This document shows, one piece after another, positions 56,314 through 64,000 of a DNA stretch of 64,000 nt. The DNA is taken from the IMG/VR virus record IMGVR_UViG_3300009068_004979, one strand, 5' to 3'. The stretch is from a virus. Position 1 is the first letter of the stretch; every line of letters begins with the position of its first letter. Made by a program: the position numbers and the translations under genes. The notes beneath the pieces were generated by a model. That model did no database searches and was not told the DNA's origin. It saw only the letters and a program-made list of their open reading frames with translations.

Positions 56314-58746
56314 TCAAGGCAATCCCAGGCTGCTGCCTATGGTGCGTTTGGTTAAATCATATAGCCGGTTCACTTGAAAATCTGATACAGCTGTGAGAGA
56401 TAACAAGCCAGACATGAAGATGGTGTTGTTTGAATTGGTATAGTTTATTGTTCTGGGGTCATACACTATGCCTGCTGCCAAAGTCAGATTGGACGGTTGA
56501 GGGTATCCATATGTATCTTGTGGTAGCACTGAACCTATGGGATATATGGTTTGTGTGATGGTGTTGTTAATATAATATTTGCATGCAGAAAGAGAGCTGG
56601 CAGGTGTGTAGAAACAGAAGAATGGATTGTTATCATAATAGCTTCGCAATCCAGCTGGGCAAAATACATTTAAATCTGTCCATGTGCGAATCCATTCACC
56701 TGGGTATTTGCCATTGAAGTCACTGTAGAAATTGCCTAGTCCTAAGGTACCAGCACCAAAAGGTGTATTCACATGTAATCCTGCCTCATGACCGATATAT
56801 CCATAAGCTGGTGCTGCATATGATCCAGGTATGCGACCTGCTACTATCTTGAGCATGTTGCCGTTATCTCCTGGACCGCCTGGGTTACTATACCAGCTAC
56901 CATTTAAGTTTACAATGCCAAAAGATGCTATTCCATACTGACCAGCACTCTGTGGGTAAGTGTTGTTGTTATAATCAATCAAATCTACCCAGGTGCCACT
57001 GGTGAACAGCAATCCTTGATCAGTCCATTGAGGATAAGGAATATAAACTTCTGGTTTGTTGAAGCGAGAGGCATATTTGTTATAATTTTTAGCTACTTCC
57101 CATTGTGTTAATGGTTGATTGTAAACTTCTGCTAAGAAAAATTCGCATTCTTGAGCATGAGAACCACCAATATAAAAGAATTGAATGCCTTGATCATACG
57201 GAATAACAAATTTACCCACTTGTGAAACGGTTAATACACCGTTAAGATAAAGGCCCGCACAAACATATGGATTGGCAGTAGAATAATTTGCAGATGGTGT
57301 CACTGTTATGGTGACGTTAATAGGCTCATTCAGAGGCAAGGGATCCGGTGTAACGACATTACTAATAGTTCCACCGCTTTGATTGGTATTAAAATATAAT
57401 CTGCCTTTAAGAGAAGCCCCCGCACCATCGCCGAACAGAAAGCAGCGATACCCGCTTATTAAGTAATTTTCTGAAGAAGTGATCGAAGTGCCATAAGCAT
57501 CCGGGTAAGCGCTCAACTGTAGCCAGAAATTAATAGTGAAGTTGCTGTTTAATCCAAGCCCTGTCCAGGTGGCTCCTGCAGGCGCACCAGTGCCGTTAGG
57601 AACACCGTATATAATAGGATTATAATCATTACCAGCACCACTCAACACATGCAATGCACCGCCATAAGCTGTGGTGTACACATACCCAGCTGTATTCCAA
57701 ACATTAGCATAATATGGCAAGTTTTTTAAATTGTTAACTCTCCACGGTTCACTCGGTTTGTAGCTTGATAGATTGGCAATGTCAATGTAGTATACTCTAT
57801 TATCGGCAGGCACTTGGTAATCATACCAGCTGCTCATGATACCATTGGAAGTGGTGAGACCGCCTAGACTGTATACTGTTTTGCCAGACCCTGCATTAAA
57901 CGGTGTGGCCATGGGCCAGCAAATGAAACTGTCCCATAAGTCAAGAGCCTTTAACCCCACAACAAATTCATTGATGGGCACAATGTCAGTGGCACCACTG
58001 GCATTTACAAACGCTTGAGCATCAGGATCATAGGGACCAGCAGATGTTGCATCTGTTTTGAATGCATCAATGTTGAAATTCTGAACTGCAAAATTTGTGC
58101 CTGTGACATTCTTAGAGAAGCTCAAGCACGGCTTAACGCTCACAGGAAAATCATATGGTATAATTGTTTCAATGTAGTTGTGTGAGGCGTTCCAGCCACC
58201 TAAATCTGTAGCTGGTTTTATATCTACCAGTAAACGCTGACTAAAATCAGCCAATCGAACTCTCACTCGGTAGAAATCAGGCTCTGCTGTGGTAGATTGA
58301 TATAAAGAAATAGGTACACTGTATGCAGTACCTGCCAAGTTTTCTGTGCGGTAAAAGGTGTTGTAGCTGGACAGATAGTCTGCTCTTAAACAAATAGTAT
58401 TGGGTACTGCATCAGCATAGCCATTGATATGATCTGCGCTTGTAGCATAGTTGCCTGTGATATCAAATCCAATGCCTAGTGCACCACCGGCAATGCCATA
58501 ATAAAAGACTGCGCTACTAGCTGATGTGCCAGTAAAGTAAGCATAGTTTAATGCCGAGCCAGGTCCACCGCCACTCAATGCATCATTGTTGGCGTTGACA
58601 AAAAATAAATTGAACCCTTCACTACCAGAGGCAGGTGCTCCGTAGCAAGCATAATCAAAAGTTACGACTATGTCCTTGGATGTGTCTAGCTTGTCTTGCA
58701 GATAAATGGCATTGCTTCTGCTTTTGTTTGTGAGTGTTTCAGCCAT
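56314..58746 (-). CDS. Virion protein with L-type lectin and LamG domains
   Basis: GSEGF..F...GG.G..L.Y...LGIGFD; FTINFW...LYLNG...VYN..LT..EV..NY. Confidence 0.7.
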   Translation of the reverse strand: MAETLTNKSRSNAIYLQDKLDTSKDIVVTFDYACYGAPASGSEGFNLFFVNANNDALSGGGPGSALNYAYFTGTSASSAVFYYGIAGGALGIGFDITGNYATSADHINGYADAVPNTICLRADYLSSYNTFYRTENLAGTAYSVPISLYQSTTAEPDFYRVRVRLADFSQRLLVDIKPATDLGGWNASHNYIETIIPYDFPVSVKPCLSFSKNVTGTNFAVQNFNIDAFKTDATSAGPYDPDAQAFVNASGATDIVPINEFVVGLKALDLWDSFICWPMATPFNAGSGKTVYSLGGLTTSNGIMSSWYDYQVPADNRVYYIDIANLSSYKPSEPWRVNNLKNLPYYANVWNTAGYVYTTAYGGALHVLSGAGNDYNPIIYGVPNGTGAPAGATWTGLGLNSNFTINFWLQLSAYPDAYGTSITSSENYLISGYRCFLFGDGAGASLKGRLYFNTNQSGGTISNVVTPDPLPLNEPINVTITVTPSANYSTANPYVCAGLYLNGVLTVSQVGKFVIPYDQGIQFFYIGGSHAQECEFFLAEVYNQPLTQWEVAKNYNKYASRFNKPEVYIPYPQWTDQGLLFTSGTWVDLIDYNNNTYPQSAGQYGIASFGIVNLNGSWYSNPGGPGDNGNMLKIVAGRIPGSYAAPAYGYIGHEAGLHVNTPFGAGTLGLGNFYSDFNGKYPGEWIRTWTDLNVFCPAGLRSYYDNNPFFCFYTPASSLSACKYYINNTITQTIYPIGSVLPQDTYGYPQPSNLTLAAGIVYDPRTINYTNSNNTIFMSGLLSLTAVSDFQVNRLYDLTKRTIGSSLGLP

Positions 58747-58747
58747 A

Positions 58748-61700
58748 TTAGAAAATAAACTCCCCTGCAGCTATGCTGCCACCACTGCCTAACAGTGTGT
58801 ATGTGGCAAAATTTGCACCTGTAACTGAGTTACTAAAGTTTTCTGAATAAGCATATAAATCTGGTTTGAGCATGTTGCTAATAATATTTGTTAAGCGGCC
58901 ATTAAAATATTTAAATGATGTATTGAAGATGTAGAACATGCCAGAAGCATCTTTGCCCATGTAAGAAAGGTTGTAGCGACCTGTTTCATCAGAATAATTT
59001 AAGATGGGTTTCTCAATTTCTACTATGTTAATATCATAGCCAGTGCCAGAAAGTGTAAAGGCAGAGAGTGTGTTAAATGTTAATGCAGCTGTAGTCACAC
59101 GTGGATACAATTGAGCAGTACCAAATGTATCTAAATTAACAACATATATTTGTGGGTATATGATCTTGTAATTTGTGGCACTATATTCTCGGAACAATGT
59201 TGTCTTGCAGAATATTAACTCTTTTTCTTGTTCATTAAACCATACAGTAGATGTTTTTTCAAATGCTCTGTATGGTCCTTTGTAGATGAAGTTTTCATTG
59301 TTAACAGAGCTTTTAACAGTATTAGAAGCATAATTAAATTTGATCTGATCAAAAATTAAGTAATTTTCTGTTTCAATTTGAATTGTGTCATAATACACAT
59401 CAAAATCAATTACATGGTTATTAATATCATCGCGAATTTCTGGTGTATACTTTACAAATATGGCAGATAGAGCTGAAGACACTGGCTGCACCACAGTGCC
59501 ATTTGAATTGCGATAATAGAAATCACCATAATTCACATTGCGTGTATCATAAATTGTTTGACGCGTAGCTATACCACTTAGATTATCGAGAACGCGTGTT
59601 GTTCTATTTGCAATGTGAATATTTGCAAAGTTTGATTTTTCTATATATGGTATAACGACATTTGTATTAATATCACCACAAGGTGATGCACTATTAATAG
59701 CCATGTAACTGCCATTGTATGGTGTAACTGCAGAAGCAGGTGGTACAAAAGTGAAGTTACCTGCAAAAGCAAAGTTTGCAACAAAATTTGGTGATAATGG
59801 ACTCACACCACCATCTGCTAATTCTGTATAGTACAGCGCTAGGTTAGCAGGATCAAATCCTGGATCGTCACTTGATGAATCTGGAAATAACCCACTATTG
59901 GCATTTACAAACGTTTGCCCGTCTTTAATATTACAATTAAAAGTTACAGTTACAACACTTGGGCAAAAAGATTCTGGTTGCAAGTTATAAGATTGAATAC
60001 TATATGGATTTCCAGAGAGTGTAAATTCTGGTGGTCCTTGATTGTAGAAGTATGTTGATAGTGGTGATACTCCTGTGAGGGAATCTGCATGCGTCCACCA
60101 TCCTGTGCCTGGTGGTATATTGTTAGTAGTTTTTAATGTAACTCCAGAGTATTCTTTTGCAGGATTAACTTCGTTCCAATCAAAATTATAACCTGATACT
60201 GAGTCATAAAATGAATACCCATCCAATATGAGGCAGTATAGCAATCGATTTTCAGCTATGGCTTCAGGTGTATTAACAAGTGTTTTGAGAGGATCAACAT
60301 CTTTATATAGACCATATTCATTGCCATACACATCGGTTTTATATTGAACCATGGTCTTGTTGACTGATAGTAAGGTATTAATACGATTATCAATAGGAAA
60401 TTCATTAGATGGAATAATTGGATATACATCTTTGTTGGCCCATAATTCACGCTTTTCAGGGCTAAAAAAGTCTTGTGGGTCTTCATAGCGTGCCAAGCCA
60501 AAATTAGAATAATCAAGAGATTGCTCTCTGGACTGATATGCTCTAAAAATTTGATACAATGGATCAGTATCAGCATCACCAAAGCGATAGCTATTGGATT
60601 CGTCAATCTTGTTAAAATAGCTTTGATCTGCAAATACTAGCGGTGTTGTGTATTCTGTTTTTGTATTACCTGAAATATTACCAAACTTGTTAGGGTCAGG
60701 AAAAATATAAATTGTATTAGGTGTAAGTCTACTGGCAGAAACATTGGCAACTGAACTAAAGTTTGTAAAATTAATTAATCCTATTTTATCAGGCTTAAAA
60801 AACAAACCTATTTGTTTTGCTGTCTTTAAGAAATCTGTGCTTGGGACTGCAGCAACTGTTGGGTAGCGTTTATTTAGATAATTTGCAAAGTTGGATTGTG
60901 CTGTAAATAGCACACCGGATACAACATCATAAACTGTGGAGCCAGTTGATACATAATAAAAATCTGTACCCAGATACTTTTCTGTTAAAGTTTTTTCTAG
61001 ATTTAATTTTAAATTTTCGACACTTCTATTATTAACTAGATTAATGTAATCACTATCTTTAAGATATCCTAGCTGATTTGAATTTGGTTCAACTGTAATA
61101 GAAAAATTATTGTCACCCAGCTCTATGGCAAAAAATGGATAGGATGTAATTGCATTTGTAATGCTAGTATTAAAATCCAAGGACAAATAAGGATCTATGC
61201 CATATGTATTAGCCTCAAAATATGTGGCGCGGTCACCGGATGTTGCGTCATAAAGTGTTGCAGATAGTGCAGGATTTATATCAAAGTAATTGGGGTATGT
61301 ATCATATAAATCTTCTACATTAATAATAATATTATTACGAATATCAGAAAGAGATAGATTTAATGTTCGTATTAAATCCGTTAAATCTTCTGTTTCTAAC
61401 GATTTTGAAATTTCATTATATATTGTTTTTTCTATACCGAAATTGGAGCCTTTGAGATTGTATCTTAGATTGGCTGTTTTTACATCGTCACGCAGAGTGC
61501 TAAAATAGATGCAAATGTCTTTGATCTTTTGCGCGAAAAATGGTATAGCTATGGCTAGATCACGGGGGTTGTTATAATCAAGATTTTTTAAATAACGTCT
61601 TTCATCAACTGTTGTATAGTTTAAAACTATTTCATTTATAAGGGTTGTATACAGGTATTTTGTGTAGTCAACCGCAAAAGGTTGTTTGATATTTTTAGCA

Positions 61701-61891
61701 GCATACCAAGCAGTTATGTATGTTTGATATCGTCTAAGAAAATCTTCTACATTGGTAAACAATCGCTCTGAATACTTTACCCACTCTGTAAATGATAGTG
61801 GAGCAATGCGATCTGTAGCTGACACACTGCCAATTTGTGTTGTTATGGAGCTTTCCAGATTACCAGCTATAAATCTTGTTGATTCAGGCAT
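58748..61891 (-). CDS. Large virion structural (baseplate-region) protein
   Basis: 1047 aa, Asn/Tyr/Thr-rich, in the structural operon; TAAATA-N5-ATG upstream. Confidence 0.6.
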   Translation of the reverse strand: MPESTRFIAGNLESSITTQIGSVSATDRIAPLSFTEWVKYSERLFTNVEDFLRRYQTYITAWYAAKNIKQPFAVDYTKYLYTTLINEIVLNYTTVDERRYLKNLDYNNPRDLAIAIPFFAQKIKDICIYFSTLRDDVKTANLRYNLKGSNFGIEKTIYNEISKSLETEDLTDLIRTLNLSLSDIRNNIIINVEDLYDTYPNYFDINPALSATLYDATSGDRATYFEANTYGIDPYLSLDFNTSITNAITSYPFFAIELGDNNFSITVEPNSNQLGYLKDSDYINLVNNRSVENLKLNLEKTLTEKYLGTDFYYVSTGSTVYDVVSGVLFTAQSNFANYLNKRYPTVAAVPSTDFLKTAKQIGLFFKPDKIGLINFTNFSSVANVSASRLTPNTIYIFPDPNKFGNISGNTKTEYTTPLVFADQSYFNKIDESNSYRFGDADTDPLYQIFRAYQSREQSLDYSNFGLARYEDPQDFFSPEKRELWANKDVYPIIPSNEFPIDNRINTLLSVNKTMVQYKTDVYGNEYGLYKDVDPLKTLVNTPEAIAENRLLYCLILDGYSFYDSVSGYNFDWNEVNPAKEYSGVTLKTTNNIPPGTGWWTHADSLTGVSPLSTYFYNQGPPEFTLSGNPYSIQSYNLQPESFCPSVVTVTFNCNIKDGQTFVNANSGLFPDSSSDDPGFDPANLALYYTELADGGVSPLSPNFVANFAFAGNFTFVPPASAVTPYNGSYMAINSASPCGDINTNVVIPYIEKSNFANIHIANRTTRVLDNLSGIATRQTIYDTRNVNYGDFYYRNSNGTVVQPVSSALSAIFVKYTPEIRDDINNHVIDFDVYYDTIQIETENYLIFDQIKFNYASNTVKSSVNNENFIYKGPYRAFEKTSTVWFNEQEKELIFCKTTLFREYSATNYKIIYPQIYVVNLDTFGTAQLYPRVTTAALTFNTLSAFTLSGTGYDINIVEIEKPILNYSDETGRYNLSYMGKDASGMFYIFNTSFKYFNGRLTNIISNMLKPDLYAYSENFSNSVTGANFATYTLLGSGGSIAAGEFIF

Positions 61892-61905
61892 TCAAATATT
61901 TATTG

Positions 61906-63999
61906 TTAGAAAAAGTTACTACTAGAGCTAACACTATTATAAACAATATCATTAGCGCTTAAGAATAGTCTTAATCCTTTGCTTAGTTCGTAACTTATTA
62001 GGTTTTGCATGATTCCATTGTTGTCTTGCCATGAGCCAAAAGAGCTAACACTTGGATCCAATGTGTTTAACGGGTCAGTCCAGTTAATTATATTGTCATA
62101 AAAGCTGTTTTCATAAGTTGTATTATATTGATAAAACTTATAATAGTTCTTTATATCTGTACCAGTTAATGACTTAGGTGCTACTAGGCCCCAGCCCCAG
62201 TCATATGCATATGTTGATAGTGGAAGAGTTTGACCAATAGCGTAGCCGCTAATGGCTGCAAAATTTACAACCTGATATTGTTCGGAGAAGGTTTCATATG
62301 CCACAATGGGTATACCAGAAGATATGATGCTTGTTTCTGTGGATAATTCAGCGCCTTTATTTTTACCATAATTAGAATTGGCTACAGTACCACGTTTGTT
62401 AAAGTCGAGATTGTATTTGTTTTGCTCGCCCCATAGTAGCTTGTGTTTTATGGAAAGAATATCTACCAAGCGGCGTAGCTGAGGTGGAAATGGGTAGTTA
62501 TACAACTCAAACTGTATGGATAGTTCTTTGCACATGGAAAGCAATGAATCAAGATTTGCTTTATCCGGATCAGATTTATTGCTTACAAAATTAGCAATCT
62601 TTTCATATATTGTTTTGCCTAGTTCATATGGCTTAGCTGTATTACCACCTACAATTGTTCCCAGAAAATTATTAAAGAATATATTCTTTTCTTGTAAAAC
62701 ATCTTGATAGCGTAATGAGTTGTAATAACCGCGCGCATCAAAATCTTCATTTATTTTTGTAATGTTATACTCTCCTAAATATGGATAAATATTAAAGTAA
62801 CTTGATTCACCTGTTAAGGTACGTATTACTGTGAATGGAATCATGTACTTGTTGATCCATCTGAATCCAATCCAATCACCATAAGCTAAAAATGCACGCT
62901 CTTGGAAGCTTGAGAGCGGATAAGCGGAAAGCTCTGGGGCAAATTGTAGTGGTACTTGATCAATATCTGCTGCAGCTGTTGGTGGAGGCATGAGTGTATC
63001 AAGAAAATACATATTTTGATCAAAATTATTAATTGTCCAGATATAATTTGATGTGTCACATGTCAAACCACCAAAGCTATTAATGTAGCTACTTTGATTT
63101 AATCCTGAGCCCACAGTAAAGTTTGTCATGTTTGTTTGTGTGGCAGATGCACCATCAATGCGTGTAATCGTCTCTCTATCTTGTGCTACCCATGCATTTT
63201 GAGCGCCGTCGATAGTAATATTACCAGTGCGTTTGAACCCTGAAAGAGGAAATCCTGTAGCTAGCACACCATTTTCATCAAACTTATACACATAATCATT
63301 ACACCCTGTTAATGTGTATGCACTTGTATTAAGGTTGATTGCAGTAACCCACACATTACGATTTCTATCAACAACAATTTCTGCGGGTGAAGTTATAAAT
63401 GGAAACGGAATAACTGTTAATAGTGCCCCGTTAGGATCATACTTGGCTAAGAAATTTGAAATTGGATGTGTGTAAGAGATCCAGATATTATTGTTTAAAT
63501 CAGTATCAATGCATGATGGTAGAATAGTGCCTTCACCTGCATACCCACTCAAAGAAGATATATTATAGTCAGCACTCAAATAATAATATATGTTAGTTAG
63601 ATTAGACTCTATAGCTGCTTTTACATAACCACCTTCACCGTCAAATTTTATCGCAGATCCACTATCAAACAGTGTTATCCACAGATCACTATTACCATCA
63701 AGCACAATGCTACTAGGCGCCGCACTGGATAATTCTGGTGATAATAAGTTTCTGTACTGTATTTCATTGCCGCTTAAGACAGGAAATGCTGATAGGTAGA
63801 ATGATGATAAAATATTACCATACACATCCAGCTTGATGAGTGTATCATTTGTTGCATCTGATACCCATGCTTTGTAATCATTGCCAAAGCCTGCACCTGA
63901 TGGCGCAACTGCTATGGCGTAAACATTGCGATTTGGATCGCTTGGAAAGAATGACTGTAGTGCTGAGATATTAACTGAAATTGTTCCTAAACATGAATC
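61906..63999 (-). CDS. Beta-propeller baseplate-wedge-like protein, 5'-partial
   Basis: Repeated D.xx.N.W(I/V) blades; frame stays open to the window end. Confidence 0.65.
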   Translation of the reverse strand, partial: DSCLGTISVNISALQSFFPSDPNRNVYAIAVAPSGAGFGNDYKAWVSDATNDTLIKLDVYGNILSSFYLSAFPVLSGNEIQYRNLLSPELSSAAPSSIVLDGNSDLWITLFDSGSAIKFDGEGGYVKAAIESNLTNIYYYLSADYNISSLSGYAGEGTILPSCIDTDLNNNIWISYTHPISNFLAKYDPNGALLTVIPFPFITSPAEIVVDRNRNVWVTAINLNTSAYTLTGCNDYVYKFDENGVLATGFPLSGFKRTGNITIDGAQNAWVAQDRETITRIDGASATQTNMTNFTVGSGLNQSSYINSFGGLTCDTSNYIWTINNFDQNMYFLDTLMPPPTAAADIDQVPLQFAPELSAYPLSSFQERAFLAYGDWIGFRWINKYMIPFTVIRTLTGESSYFNIYPYLGEYNITKINEDFDARGYYNSLRYQDVLQEKNIFFNNFLGTIVGGNTAKPYELGKTIYEKIANFVSNKSDPDKANLDSLLSMCKELSIQFELYNYPFPPQLRRLVDILSIKHKLLWGEQNKYNLDFNKRGTVANSNYGKNKGAELSTETSIISSGIPIVAYETFSEQYQVVNFAAISGYAIGQTLPLSTYAYDWGWGLVAPKSLTGTDIKNYYKFYQYNTTYENSFYDNIINWTDPLNTLDPSVSSFGSWQDNNGIMQNLISYELSKGLRLFLSANDIVYNSVSSSSNFF

Positions 64000-64000
64000 A

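Noticed and set aside
2427-62707. Numerous short ORFs antisense to or nested within long genes (for example 2427..2702, 14559..14870, 60256..60633)
   Set aside because: They are alternative-frame shadows of well-supported genes, with no motifs or start context.
1-64000. Prophage boundaries, integrase or IS elements
   Set aside because: No integrase, transposase, att-like repeat or host housekeeping operon was seen; the whole window is phage-like.

Overview
This is a 64-kb AT-rich segment of a large T4-like (myovirus-type) bacteriophage genome, with no host chromosome evident. A PVC/Verrucomicrobia host is only weakly suggested, by the HNH subtype. Layout: (1) 1-4.2 kb, modular putative internal-head proteins and a beta-helix depolymerase-like gene. 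(2) 4.2-11.9 kb, small early genes, a RadA-like ATPase, orphan antitoxin-like and DksA-like genes and tRNA-Leu. (3) 11.9-17.4 kb, lectin-like and YadA-repeat fibre genes. (4) 17.4-22 kb, a tmRNA with an unusually long tag, a GH108 lysis cassette, a tRNA cluster containing an unannotated structured RNA, and an HNH gene. (5) 22.5-30 kb, class Ia nrdA (frameshifted at its catalytic loop), nrdB, tRNA-Gln, an LpxH-like phosphoesterase, a ferritin-like protein, dCMP deaminase and a PD-(D/E)XK nuclease. (6) 30.5-46.3 kb, a modification island: about six glycosyltransferases, an epimerase, a PIG-L deacetylase, an AsnB-like enzyme, three cupin oxygenases, three twitch radical SAM enzymes and a possible prenyltransferase fold. 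(7) 46.3-64 kb, tail-fibre and baseplate genes. Main leads: virion proteins appear saturated with a hydrophobic-(S/T)-(A/G) tripeptide next to a glycan-building island (candidate phage virion O-glycosylation system); a 33-aa tmRNA tag ending LELV; promoter-to-start spacing implying widespread leaderless mRNAs; and protease-cleavable modular head cargo proteins. All calls come from reading motifs by eye; no searches were run.
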